Both the position numbers and the translations under genes were made by a program. Source: Salinivirgaceae bacterium (GTDB taxonomy: Bacteria; Bacteroidota; Bacteroidia; Bacteroidales; SZUA-534). From it: a stretch of 64,000 bases of DNA. Positions 33,962 to 43,901 of this stretch are shown here, in pieces. The DNA lies in the NCBI GenBank assembly GCA_024405635.1, contig JAKSOL010000010.1:2128-66127 (forward strand). The letters run 5' to 3'. Each line of letters begins with the position of its first letter. Within the stretch, counting starts at the first letter, position 1. Under the pieces are notes generated by a model. It had not been told where the DNA came from, did not search any database, and saw nothing but the letters and a program-made list of their open reading frames with translations.

Positions 33962-35782
33962 TCAACGTTTTTTTCGCCGTTTATCGCGATGGTTGTTATC
34001 GCCAAAACGGTTGTCTTTGAATTTACCACCACGACGTTGGTTTACCTCAGACCAATCGTTGCCACCACGTTGTTTCTTAGGTTTGCGAGCCGCTTGCGGA
34101 CCAAGATCTTCTTTCACCTTTCGGCGCTCAAATCCAAATCGGTCGTTTTTGTCAAAATTATCGTCGGCAGGGGCAGTAACTTCAACCTTAACTGGAATAT
34201 TCTCGTACACTACTCCATTGAACGACGAAAGTATTTTCTGCTCAAAGTCCTTTTCAATTTCAAAGAACGAGAACTTGCGCAAAATGTCAATCTTGCCAAT
34301 ATCAATGCTCTTATCGTCAGTAAGTTCGTTAATTAAACCGATGAGCGAAGTAGCATTGAGTCCGTTTTTCAAGCCTAAATTGATATAAAAACGGCTATAA
34401 GTTTTGTTGCGTTTTTGCTGACGCTTATTCGATGTTGAATCTTTTTCTTTTTCTTGAGCCACATTCAAATCGGGAGCGCCTTTGTAATACTCAATAAAAT
34501 GGTTGAACTCCAAACCGACCAAACGTTTAATAAGTTCATCTTTATCGAGCCACGATAGTTTTTTAATTGCAAGAGGCAAGAAATCAGATATTTCGTTTTC
34601 GTCAACCTCAATACGTTCAAGTTTATCGAGAACGGTAAATAGTCGTTTTTCGCAAATTTCGCGACCACTGGGCACTAATTTCAACTCAAAGTGCTTACCC
34701 GAAATTTTTTCAAGTTCTTTAATCTTACGAGTTTCGCGCGAGTGAATAATAGTCATTGACACTCCCGATTTTCCTGCACGGCCAGTTCGACCACTACGAT
34801 GAATGTACACTTCGGGATCGTCGGGCAAGTTGTAGTTAATAACGTGAGTGAGGTCGTTAACATCAAGTCCGCGAGCAGCCACGTCGGTTGCAATAAGCAG
34901 TTGGAGGCTTTTGTTTCTAAAACGGTTCATTACGTAATCGCGTTGAGCTTGCGACAAGTCGCCATGCAACGCATCGGCATTATATCCGTCTTGAATAAGT
35001 TTATCGGCCACCTCTTTTGTTTCTTGACGAGTGCGGCAAAAAACGATGCCGTAAATTTTTGGATTTATATCGGCTAATCGTTTAAGCGCAAGATAGCGAT
35101 CGGCCGCCTTAACCATATAATACTCGTGCTTAACATTGTCGGCAGCTGCATTTTTGGCACCAACCGCAATTTCAACCGCGTTATTCATATAGAGGTTAGC
35201 AATGTCGCGAACCTCATTAGGCATAGTTGCCGAAAACAGCAAGGTTTGTTTTTCGCTAGGCGTTGATAGCAAAATTTCGTCCAAATCCTCTTTAAAACCC
35301 ATGTTGAGCATTTCGTCGGCCTCGTCGAGCACAAGCCATTTAATGCGACCTAAGCGTAGAGCGCCACGTCGTATAACGTCGAGTGTGCGGCCAGGAGTGC
35401 CAACTACAATTTGAACACCAGCCTTTAACATTTTAATTTGAGGGACGATGCTAGCTCCACCATAAATTGCAGCAATGTTAAGGTTGCTAATGTGTTTTGA
35501 AAAACGTGTAAGGTCAGAAGCAATCTGCAAACAAAGTTCGCGAGTTGGGGCAAGCACAAGCGCTTGTGGTTGACGCAAATCGTTGTCGATTAACTGCAAC
35601 ACAGGCAGGCCGAATCCGGCAGTTTTTCCTGTACCGGTTTGCGCAAGAGCAACAACATCGTTTGCCGAAGAAAGAATTGTTGGAATGGTTTTTTCTTGAA
35701 TGGGTGTAGGCGTTTGAAAACCTAAATCGCCTATGGCCTTTAAGATACTGTCGTTCAGGCCCAAATCGCTAAATAATGTCAT
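33962..35782 (-). CDS. DEAD-box ATP-dependent RNA helicase (DeaD/CsdA-like, basic RG/K-rich tail)
   Basis: Motifs seen: AQTGTGKT, PTRELC, VLDEADEML, SAT and HRSGRTGRAG. There is also a DbpA-like C-terminal region and an Arg/Lys/Gly-rich terminus. Confidence 0.92.
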   Translation of the reverse strand: MTLFSDLGLNDSILKAIGDLGFQTPTPIQEKTIPTILSSANDVVALAQTGTGKTAGFGLPVLQLIDNDLRQPQALVLAPTRELCLQIASDLTRFSKHISNLNIAAIYGGASIVPQIKMLKAGVQIVVGTPGRTLDVIRRGALRLGRIKWLVLDEADEMLNMGFKEDLDEILLSTPSEKQTLLFSATMPNEVRDIANLYMNNAVEIAVGAKNAAADNVKHEYYMVKAADRYLALKRLADINPKIYGIVFCRTRQETKEVADKLIQDGYNADALHGDLSQAQRDYVMNRFRNKSLQLLIATDVAARGLDVNDLTHVINYNLPDDPEVYIHRSGRTGRAGKSGVSMTIIHSRETRKIKELEKISGKHFELKLVPSGREICEKRLFTVLDKLERIEVDENEISDFLPLAIKKLSWLDKDELIKRLVGLEFNHFIEYYKGAPDLNVAQEKEKDSTSNKRQQKRNKTYSRFYINLGLKNGLNATSLIGLINELTDDKSIDIGKIDILRKFSFFEIEKDFEQKILSSFNGVVYENIPVKVEVTAPADDNFDKNDRFGFERRKVKEDLGPQAARKPKKQRGGNDWSEVNQRRGGKFKDNRFGDNNHRDKRRKKR

Positions 35783-35886
35783 TATATATTTTTAAAATGG
35801 CTGCAAATGTAACCAAAAAACGAGAAGATTACTGGAATCTACAAATTCACTATTTTAGCAAAAACAACACTGACACACAGCTACAA

Positions 35887-36735
35887 ATGCAACCACGAAC
35901 CGACTATAACTCAATAAATTACAACATAGTTGTACCTTGTCAAAAGTTACAGCCCTATATTGTTCACTATTGGACATTGCAAATTGCTGCCGAAGTTGGA
36001 CGTTGGCACGAACGAACTTTACCAAACGGGTGTGTAAGTTGGTTTTTCCATCGTCGTAATCCTCTTTTATTTGGCAACAGAAGCCAACAATCTCAAGCTT
36101 TGGTGCGCGGACAAGACTTTAGTTTTGTTGATGTTTGTACTCAAGGCGAAACCGACTTTATTGCTGTTGTTTTTAGGCCATTTGCCGCACATTTGTTTAT
36201 GCCGCACTCAGCCAATGATTTTAGCAATCAAATGATTGACATTGAACAACTTGACGATAAAAGGCTAACAATTCTTGCACAAAAAATTGAAGAATCGGAC
36301 TCAAACCTTAAAGCGATAGAACTAATTGAAACCGAACTGATTAACCGCCTTACAAATGTTAAACAAAATGTTGCGAGCAACGCCAAAAGAGTTGAATATG
36401 CAGTGCAACTAATTAACAATGAGCCAAGTATAAACATTGGAAGGTTAGCACAGCAAACATGCGTAAGCGAGCGGCAACTGCGCCGACTATTTGCTGAGCA
36501 TGTTGGTCTTTCGCCGCAAGAACTAGTTCGTGTAGCCCGGTTTAACCAAGCTATGCTGCTGATGCTAAACAATCCAACATGGGCATTTGTTGACATTGCA
36601 TTAGAACTAAATTACACCGATAGTGCACACTTTTCGCACGATATTAAGCAATTTACAGGCTGTGCGCCAACGCAGTTCAACAGCAAATGCCGCCCCTACT
36701 CCGAATTTTTTACTTGTCCAACTATAAACTCGTAA
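35887..36735 (+). CDS. AraC family transcriptional regulator
   Basis: The C-terminal HTH pair reads IGRLAQQTCVSERQLRRLFAEHVGLSPQE...YTDSAHFSHDIKQFTGCAP. The ATG at 35887 is preferred over the extension that overlaps the helicase gene. Confidence 0.85.
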   Translation: MQPRTDYNSINYNIVVPCQKLQPYIVHYWTLQIAAEVGRWHERTLPNGCVSWFFHRRNPLLFGNRSQQSQALVRGQDFSFVDVCTQGETDFIAVVFRPFAAHLFMPHSANDFSNQMIDIEQLDDKRLTILAQKIEESDSNLKAIELIETELINRLTNVKQNVASNAKRVEYAVQLINNEPSINIGRLAQQTCVSERQLRRLFAEHVGLSPQELVRVARFNQAMLLMLNNPTWAFVDIALELNYTDSAHFSHDIKQFTGCAPTQFNSKCRPYSEFFTCPTINS

Positions 36736-37508
36736 CCATAAAAACGGTTATACTTTTCAAACATTTCAATCTCGCTTTTCAAACCTTCGACCAGTAGCTG
36801 TGCTGTTTGATTATTTGGTTTTTCACTCAAAAAATGTTGCAGACGATTGCGCATTGGTGCATAGTAATTTTCGGTCCAACAATTGTTTGGCAAGGTAAAA
36901 TGACCTAAAACATTGTATCCACACTTTTTCATTGTTTCAACTTTTGACTCAGCTGTGGCAATTTCAATAAAATTTTGATGTAGCCAATCGTCAAGTTGAT
37001 GTGGCAGAGGTTCAGTTGTAGGTTTTAGTACGCACTCGGTTAATGCTACCAAACCGTTTGGGGCCAAATAGTTACGCCATTTTTGCAGCCCCAATTCGTA
37101 GCCTACATGATAAATGGAACCCTCGGCCCAAATAAGATTAAGAGTATTAGCACAAATTTCATTGCAGTCAATCATTGACCCTGTAACTGTTTTAAGCTCA
37201 ATGTTATGCACACTCGATAGCCTATTTGAGGTTGCAGCAAGCATTTCGGGAGCAATGTCAACTGCAATAATTGAACTACCATTTGGTAGTAGTTTCGACA
37301 AAGTTTCGGTTTGATGTCCCGAACCACACCCCATGTCGGCAACACACAATTCTTGATTTGGCAAATTAGGTTTAACAAATCCGTTCCAAGCACGTTGAGT
37401 TGTCGCGGCACTACCAGGTCCTTGCTGTGGCAAACCTAGCATAAAATCAACAATCACTTGAAAATCGAAATTTTCCATTTCAGCTACTTGATTTTCATTT
37501 TCGTTCAT
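36696..37508 (-). CDS. Class I SAM-dependent methyltransferase
   Basis: Motif I is VADMGCGSGHQT, with the post-I acidic residue in IIAVDIAPEM. The start at 37508 (MNENENQ) is preferred. The 3' end overlaps the AraC gene by 40 nt. Confidence 0.85.
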   Translation of the reverse strand: MNENENQVAEMENFDFQVIVDFMLGLPQQGPGSAATTQRAWNGFVKPNLPNQELCVADMGCGSGHQTETLSKLLPNGSSIIAVDIAPEMLAATSNRLSSVHNIELKTVTGSMIDCNEICANTLNLIWAEGSIYHVGYELGLQKWRNYLAPNGLVALTECVLKPTTEPLPHQLDDWLHQNFIEIATAESKVETMKKCGYNVLGHFTLPNNCWTENYYAPMRNRLQHFLSEKPNNQTAQLLVEGLKSEIEMFEKYNRFYGYEFIVGQVKNSE

Positions 37509-37660
37509 CGCTATTATGTTTTGATTAATCCACAAAACTATGGTGCGGCAAACAACCAAGCTTGTAAAAAACGGCCAATGTTTGTTTTAACAAATGAGAT
37601 TATGACTCGCGTTTTGATTAAAAAAGGCTCAATTATTAAAGTAATTGCAAAAAACAACAA

Positions 37661-37700
37661 AGGGACTTACAAAATTTGCAAGTCCCTTTGTTTATTTAAC
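37661..37700 (-). terminator. Rho-independent terminator closing the 47.4-37.7 kb minus-strand operon
   Basis: The stem agggactt...aagtccct is followed on the minus strand by a T-rich tract. It lies 11 nt downstream of the 37711 stop. Confidence 0.7.
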
Positions 37701-37710
37701 TATAAATCAC

Positions 37711-37995
37711 TCACTTATACTCAATTTGGGTTACCAAATCGGAAAGAGGGCAACCTTCATATTCAATTTGCAGGCCTTGTATCGATTTGGGCATAATAAG
37801 CGGTTTTACCAAATGCCATTGTGGACAGCCAAAATCGTACGATTGTCCACTGAGAATCAAACGGTTGCTAACATAATCGAACTCATAAAATCCACCGCCC
37901 AAACAATGTTCAGTGCCAACCAAGAGGTCTTTGTGCAAAAAAACATTGCCAAAACGAAAGTAGTTGTGCGTGGTGATGATAAACTTTTGAGCCAT
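37711..37995 (-). CDS. Hypothetical small protein (94 aa from the ATG)
   Basis: An intact ORF lying 9 nt downstream of the thioredoxin-like gene. It contains 3 Cys (HCLGGG, FGCPQW, EGCPL). No family was recognised. Confidence 0.55.
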   Translation of the reverse strand: MAQKFIITTHNYFRFGNVFLHKDLLVGTEHCLGGGFYEFDYVSNRLILSGQSYDFGCPQWHLVKPLIMPKSIQGLQIEYEGCPLSDLVTQIEYK

Positions 37996-38004
37996 TGACA
38001 ATTA

Positions 38005-39069
38005 CTATTTATCCAACATTTGCTCAATGGTTTGGCTAAAATCAGAAATGCTTAAGCCACAATCAATTATAACATTATTCTCGTCGAGCAAAAAGCAAGT
38101 TGGGATGCTACTTATAGCGTATTTGGCAAACGCATCGTTTCCGCTGAAATCACAAACGTTTATCCAAGGTAAATTGTCTTGTTTAACAGCATCGGCCCAA
38201 CGGGCAAATTCCTTGTCGCCCGAAATGCCAATAACCTCAAGGCCTTTTGAATGTAATTCGTTATAAATCTGAATGTTTGCTGGATTAGCTGCACGACATG
38301 GACCGCACCACGATGCCCAAAAATCAAGAACTTTAACCTTAGCTTTTACCGCCGACAATGCAATAGAATCGCCATTAATTGTTGGCAAAACAAAGTCGGG
38401 TGCAATGTGACCTGGCAAAACAGCTTCAAGGTCGGCAATGCTTTTTTCAAGTAACTTGGCCATATAGAATTTTGAACCTTTTTTGCTAATAAGAGAATTG
38501 AAATGTTTAAGTTCGTCAATTGACATATCGGCTTGCAAAGCAGTGCAAATTAACACTATAGCAACTGGCGAATCGGCATTATCATTACACCAATTAAGCA
38601 TATAATTTAGTCGCACTTCGCCTTGGTCAATAATTTCGTTTATGTAACGTTGAATTAGTTGATTGTTGTTTTCAGACTCGCAAGCTTGGCGATATAAGAC
38701 AAAAAGACTGTCGATTTTTGAAATATTGTAGCTATACACATCGTTGTAAATAGTCTGATTTTTAGGACCTTCAACAAGGTGATCCTCGTTTTCATCAATG
38801 AAAGCCTTGTACTGTCCGCTCTCAAGAATAAAGTTAGTTCCGGCATCTTGTACCAAAATTGATGCGAAAGTAATAGAGTCGATGCTACCAGTAAATTCAA
38901 ATTGATTGTTGACAATTGGTGCTGAAGCAACAATGTTAGAATTGGCTAGCAGATAAGCCGAATCGGCAACAATGTTAGTTGTACCTTTAATGGTGAAGGT
39001 TGAGTTTTGCGAACATGACGATGCAAAAAACGCAACCATCAAAAAAAGAAGTAATTTTTTCATATTCAA
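38005..39069 (-). CDS. TlpA/AhpC-like thioredoxin-fold lipoprotein (thiol-disulfide oxidoreductase)
   Basis: There is a lipoprotein signal (LFLMVAFFASSCSQ) and a C-terminal thioredoxin domain with FWASWCGPC. Confidence 0.85.
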   Translation of the reverse strand: MNMKKLLLFLMVAFFASSCSQNSTFTIKGTTNIVADSAYLLANSNIVASAPIVNNQFEFTGSIDSITFASILVQDAGTNFILESGQYKAFIDENEDHLVEGPKNQTIYNDVYSYNISKIDSLFVLYRQACESENNNQLIQRYINEIIDQGEVRLNYMLNWCNDNADSPVAIVLICTALQADMSIDELKHFNSLISKKGSKFYMAKLLEKSIADLEAVLPGHIAPDFVLPTINGDSIALSAVKAKVKVLDFWASWCGPCRAANPANIQIYNELHSKGLEVIGISGDKEFARWADAVKQDNLPWINVCDFSGNDAFAKYAISSIPTCFLLDENNVIIDCGLSISDFSQTIEQMLDK

Positions 39070-39082
39070 TTATTTATAAAAT

Positions 39083-39844
39083 TTATCTAGCTTTTTGACT
39101 TAATGGATATTTGGCTATAATAATAGCGTGAGCCCAAAGCGTGCGCAACAAACCAAAATGCGAGCGCATACTATTAAAACGCTCAATCCACGAAGCTTTT
39201 CGGTTTGCGTTTGAAACGCCAGCTAACATGAATCGCGAAATGTAACCGTTTATAAAAACATTCTGGCGCGACACCTCAAGCACTTTACAAGTCCAATCGT
39301 AATCGGCTGAAACTCTATATTTTAAGTTATAATCAGGAGCAATAGTTTTGCGAACAAGAATAGATTGATGGCAAACCACAAGTCCATTTAACAGATGCTT
39401 TTTTTGCAAGTTGGCTGGTGCAATTTTGTGGCGCTCGCCCACTGGATTGTCGTTGTGGTCGATAACAAGTGTTTGGCCGTAAACAACATCGCATTGTGGG
39501 TTTGCTTGCACAGCATCGGCAATGTGTTGTGCTGTTTGGTTGTCAAAAATCTTGTCGCCAGCATTCACAAACCACACAAAATCGCCAGTTGCAAGATGCA
39601 AACCTTTGTTCATTGCATCGTACAAACCGCTGTCGGGCTCGCTAATCCAACGTAGGCTGATGGGTGAATTGGAGTTTTTAAGTTCACTCTCAAACTCTTT
39701 AATCTGCTCAACTGTACGGTCGGTCGATTTACCGTCAACAATAATATACTCAATGTTGCTATAAGTTTGACTAGCAACACTTTGCATTGTTTTTGGCAAA
39801 AACTGTTCGGCGTTGAATGTTATTGTTACAACCGATATTTTCAT
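39083..39844 (-). CDS. Glycosyltransferase family 2 (short, soluble, WcaE-like)
   Basis: Motifs seen: ISVVTITFNAEQFL, IIVDGKSTDRT and NAGD (DXD-like). It is 253 aa with no evident TM segment. Confidence 0.8.
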   Translation of the reverse strand: MKISVVTITFNAEQFLPKTMQSVASQTYSNIEYIIVDGKSTDRTVEQIKEFESELKNSNSPISLRWISEPDSGLYDAMNKGLHLATGDFVWFVNAGDKIFDNQTAQHIADAVQANPQCDVVYGQTLVIDHNDNPVGERHKIAPANLQKKHLLNGLVVCHQSILVRKTIAPDYNLKYRVSADYDWTCKVLEVSRQNVFINGYISRFMLAGVSNANRKASWIERFNSMRSHFGLLRTLWAHAIIIAKYPLSQKAR

Positions 39845-39873
39845 TTTTCTGCAAAAAGAGTTATAACCTATTG

Positions 39874-42321
39874 TTAATCAGCCTCTACTGTTTCTTCTTT
39901 GCGTTTTTTTAAAACTAAAGCAATAACAAGGCCAAGAGTAACCAATCCAACAATCCACGACGAACAAGTAGAAATTTTGTTGCTCAAAACATACACATCG
40001 TCAATGCACTTAAACTCAATTGTATGCTGGCCAGCAGGAATTGGCAAACCGCGCAAAATGTAGTTTACTCGCACAATTGGAGTTTCTTGACCATCGATGT
40101 ATGCTTTCCAAGTTTTGTAATAAACCTCAGAAAACACAGCCAACTGATCTTTACTATTTTGACTTTGATAAACGAGGTTTCCTGGATTAACATATTCAGT
40201 TAAAACGATGCTTGCGTTATCGCTATCGTGCTGAAGTTCAGCGGCATTTGGAAGTTTATCGGCCCAGCAACGATCGATAAACGCGGTGGTTTGCGGATTA
40301 AATTCGTCAAGAGCCATAATTTCTTGGTCAGGCGAGTCAACCCACACTATTTCGTTAACAAACCAAGCATTACCGAGTGCATCAGGATTTTGATTTACAG
40401 CAGGTTGGCCATCTTGACCGCGAGTAATAACATAACGTGTGTTGAGCATGTTAAGCACATTGATGTTAATACTGCCCGATAGATGGTGATCGATAATGTC
40501 TTGATAGCGTTGCAATTTGGCAGCACTATAACCACCAACCGATTTATGGAATAACGATGTAGTTGCATCGTTAAAGGTGCTTACGGTAAGATTCAGTACG
40601 CGATAATCAGGGTCGGTATCTTTCATAATCAGACGATCGGCAGCAGTTGGCTGAACAACTTTTGCTGTTTTTTTAGGAACAAAATCGGCATCGTTAAGAA
40701 AACGTTTGTCAACCATCCATAAATCGAGCAGAATTAGCGCACCCAAACATGCAACTAACGTGTTGGTTTTCAGTTTATTATTTACTAACATCAGCATTAA
40801 AACAAATGCCAAAGCAATGAACACAAACGAGCGGAAAGAGTCGCTACGTAGCATATTGGCGCGGTCGGCCTCAAGACTCGAAACCAACCAACCTGGGAAG
40901 TTGCTATCGATAGGTGAACTGAAACTGCAGAATGCACCGCCAATTGTAGCAAACAAAAGGCACAAGCCACCGGTTATTCCTGCTGCTATGCACATTGGTT
41001 TTACAAATTGCTTTCGGTTTTCGGTGGCCAAAAATTCTTTAACAGCCAACATTCCAAGAGCTGCCATTGTAACCTCGGCAATAACCAAGGCCATTGATGG
41101 TGTTCGGAACTTATTAAACAAAGGCAAAGTGTTGAACATAAGCTCGTTAAAAGCCATAAAATTGCCTCCCCACGATAGCATAAGCGACAATATGGTAGCC
41201 AACAATAGCCACCACCTATCGGCTGTTTTTACAACTATGAGACCTAACACAAACAAAAAGCAAATGATGGCTCCCATGTAAACTGGTCCCGATGTGAAAC
41301 TTTGTGTTCCCCAATAAGTTGGCGCATTGGCGCAAAATTGCTTTGCTTGGCCCGATTGGCGCAGAGCATTATAACATTCAGATTTGTTACCAATATTATA
41401 ATGTGAGCTACCACCGTAAAAATTAGGAATAAGCATAGTCATAGACTCGGCAACTCCGTAGCTCCATTGAAAGGCATAGTCAATATCAAGGCCGCTTTTT
41501 TTCTTCTGATTTTCAGACTTTTGAGTTTTTAAAACTGCCCCACCTCGCATTGTATCTTTTGAGTAATCGTAGGTTGGCAATAAAGTTCCTGTTGATGGAA
41601 GAACCGCTAATATGGCAACCAAACCAAGCACAGCCGATGATATAAAGAACTGTTTAACAGTTTTTTGGCGAATGGCATACACTAAATATACACCTGCCAA
41701 TATTAACAACATCAAAAGCAAATAGTATGATATTTGTTGATGAGCCCAATATACATTTAACCCAGTAAAGACAAGAGTTACAAGCGCTCCAACTAAATAT
41801 TTTTGCTTATAAGTAAGAATAACGCCAGCAATAACCGGCGCCATTGTTGCCATAACTAATGCTTTATTTACATGCCCCGCCTCAATAATTATAATATTAT
41901 ACGAAGCAAAAGTATAGGCAATTGCCCCCACAATAGATAACCACGGTTTACAACCAAAAGCAAGCATAAGTATATAAAAACCAATGGCATACAAGAAAAT
42001 TAAGCCCAAGTGATAAGTAGGCATCTTAAACCTAATCCAACGAGAAATTGGTCGAAAAATGTTAGTAGTTTGCGGAGCGTATGCCATATTGGCTGGCATA
42101 CCACCAAACATTCCGTTTGTCCAATAAGCAAATTCGCCAGTCTGCTCATGATAGTCGCGCAAATCTTTACTTGACATACGTCCACTTGCGACATCGCTTT
42201 GCGGCAAATCTTTGTTATCGAATGCTGCTGGCGCCATGTACACAACCGACATTAGCACAAACGACACAACCGCAACCAAGTGCGGCAACATTTTCTTTAA
42301 ATTGAGGTTCTTCATAAACAA
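39874..42321 (-). CDS. YfhO-family polytopic membrane protein (GT-C-like glycosyltransferase candidate)
   Basis: An 815-aa protein with many TM helices in the first 480 aa or so, a large soluble domain and a final TM anchor. The N-terminal WTNGMFGGMP-type motif is as I recall for YfhO-family proteins. Confidence 0.6.
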   Translation of the reverse strand: MFMKNLNLKKMLPHLVAVVSFVLMSVVYMAPAAFDNKDLPQSDVASGRMSSKDLRDYHEQTGEFAYWTNGMFGGMPANMAYAPQTTNIFRPISRWIRFKMPTYHLGLIFLYAIGFYILMLAFGCKPWLSIVGAIAYTFASYNIIIIEAGHVNKALVMATMAPVIAGVILTYKQKYLVGALVTLVFTGLNVYWAHQQISYYLLLMLLILAGVYLVYAIRQKTVKQFFISSAVLGLVAILAVLPSTGTLLPTYDYSKDTMRGGAVLKTQKSENQKKKSGLDIDYAFQWSYGVAESMTMLIPNFYGGSSHYNIGNKSECYNALRQSGQAKQFCANAPTYWGTQSFTSGPVYMGAIICFLFVLGLIVVKTADRWWLLLATILSLMLSWGGNFMAFNELMFNTLPLFNKFRTPSMALVIAEVTMAALGMLAVKEFLATENRKQFVKPMCIAAGITGGLCLLFATIGGAFCSFSSPIDSNFPGWLVSSLEADRANMLRSDSFRSFVFIALAFVLMLMLVNNKLKTNTLVACLGALILLDLWMVDKRFLNDADFVPKKTAKVVQPTAADRLIMKDTDPDYRVLNLTVSTFNDATTSLFHKSVGGYSAAKLQRYQDIIDHHLSGSININVLNMLNTRYVITRGQDGQPAVNQNPDALGNAWFVNEIVWVDSPDQEIMALDEFNPQTTAFIDRCWADKLPNAAELQHDSDNASIVLTEYVNPGNLVYQSQNSKDQLAVFSEVYYKTWKAYIDGQETPIVRVNYILRGLPIPAGQHTIEFKCIDDVYVLSNKISTCSSWIVGLVTLGLVIALVLKKRKEETVEAD

Positions 42322-42354
42322 TTCATTTTAGCGCACGAAGATAAAAAAGCAAAT

Positions 42355-43890
42355 TTAGTTATGTTTTTTACCTTTAATTTGATTTATATACTTGATAATG
42401 TACGAGTTAACAACTTCAGAAATCTGCCATTTATAAATTACCCACATTCCCAATCCTCCTAGAACCGAAGTACGAACAATAGAATCGGCAAATAAATTGA
42501 CAAGTTTTATGCTGCTTAAGCTTAAAAAGGTAGGTGCAACAAACAATTGCCACAACTTATTTAAGCCAAATAATGCCAGAATAACAATAGCACATTTAAG
42601 TTGCGGCCAACAAAAAAGCGAAATGTTATCTTTAATCTTGACAACCAAAAGCAACAACGAATATTGAATGCAATATGCTAACAACGAAGCAATTACAGCG
42701 CCTTCCATTCCCCAAATTGGGATAAGAAGAATGTTTAGCACAACGGCTGAAACCGACAGTAACAGAGTAAAAATTAACGAATAATAATAGTATCGCGAAT
42801 AAGAAAGCACGGTGCTACCAATGCTCAAAACCGAATTAAATAGCCTTGTAAATCCCAAAATAAGCACCACATTTTTTGCAGCGGCATATTTTTCACCATC
42901 GTGTAATATGCTGAATATCAAATCGATATTAATCCACATCAGGAATAAAATAAATGCACCAACCAAAAACTGATGCAAAGCCACATTTTTCACCAACGAG
43001 TTACATTCGGTAACATTGTGATTTTTCATGTGATCGGCCACAAGAGGGCGAGCAATTGCGCCAAGCGAACGATAAGGCATTTCAACCATTCCCGCCATGT
43101 AAAATGCTATAGCAAACACTCCTGTAGTTGCCAATCCCATTTTCATACTTATAAAAAATGAGTTTATGTATGGCGTTATGGTTCCACTCAAAGCAGCGGT
43201 TATCAAAAACAAAGAATAAAGCAGGTAATCTTTTCGTAATGAAGGAGTTATGTGTTTAAAATCGGGTTTAAACGAAATCTTTTTAAGCGACAGCAAATAA
43301 ACAATGTTTGCTAATGTAGCAATACCATAAACGGAACTAAACGCAACCACAAATCCATCAAAATCAAGCATTTGCGCAGCATAAAGTGCATAAACGCCTA
43401 ATGTTAACACGCGAATTAGAACCTCTTTAATGAATTTGGGAACTGCCACACGCATCAGCACATTGGCATTGGTCTCAAACACAGCAGAATAGAGTATGAA
43501 AAAGCCAATAGGGAAAACAAAATTGTAACAGCTGACAAACAATGCCGACTTATCGGAAAACAGACTTGTAATGGGTTCGCGAAGGAACCAAAACAGCATT
43601 CCGTACAAAGCAAAGCCAAACAAGGGAACCAAAACCGTCCAAAAGAAAAAACCATGGTCGTTATGGTCGGCATCTTTAAAATATGGATAAAAGCGCATAG
43701 CCGATGAGTTGGTGCCCAGTTGCGCCAATCCACTCAATAATGTTGCAGCATCAACCAAAACTCGGGTTAGTCCAATCTCTTCGGAAGTGAGAACGCGTGT
43801 AAGAACAAAAAAAGTTGTTACCGCACCTATTGCTGCACCTAAATAGGTGGCAAGTGTTCCTTTAATACTCTGATTAACAATCACTCCCAT
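42355..43890 (-). CDS. Wzx-like polysaccharide/oligosaccharide flippase (MOP superfamily)
   Basis: A 511-aa protein with about 14 hydrophobic segments and an N-terminus typical of polysaccharide biosynthesis (PST) proteins. Confidence 0.75.
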   Translation of the reverse strand: MGVIVNQSIKGTLATYLGAAIGAVTTFFVLTRVLTSEEIGLTRVLVDAATLLSGLAQLGTNSSAMRFYPYFKDADHNDHGFFFWTVLVPLFGFALYGMLFWFLREPITSLFSDKSALFVSCYNFVFPIGFFILYSAVFETNANVLMRVAVPKFIKEVLIRVLTLGVYALYAAQMLDFDGFVVAFSSVYGIATLANIVYLLSLKKISFKPDFKHITPSLRKDYLLYSLFLITAALSGTITPYINSFFISMKMGLATTGVFAIAFYMAGMVEMPYRSLGAIARPLVADHMKNHNVTECNSLVKNVALHQFLVGAFILFLMWINIDLIFSILHDGEKYAAAKNVVLILGFTRLFNSVLSIGSTVLSYSRYYYYSLIFTLLLSVSAVVLNILLIPIWGMEGAVIASLLAYCIQYSLLLLVVKIKDNISLFCWPQLKCAIVILALFGLNKLWQLFVAPTFLSLSSIKLVNLFADSIVRTSVLGGLGMWVIYKWQISEVVNSYIIKYINQIKGKKHN

Positions 43891-43901
43891 TGGCTATGGT
43901 G

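Noticed and set aside
37458-37796. A 112-aa plus-strand ORF spanning the 37509-37710 intergenic region.
   Set aside because: It crosses the methyltransferase start, its promoter region, the operon terminator and the end of the 37711 gene. It has no supporting motifs.
40706-41281. A 191-aa ORF antisense to the YfhO gene. Similar long antisense ORFs occur at 49795-50217, 51937-52443, 56578-57054 and 1495-1878.
   Set aside because: All are embedded opposite strongly supported genes and none has a recognisable motif. They are best explained as frame shadows of the real CDS.
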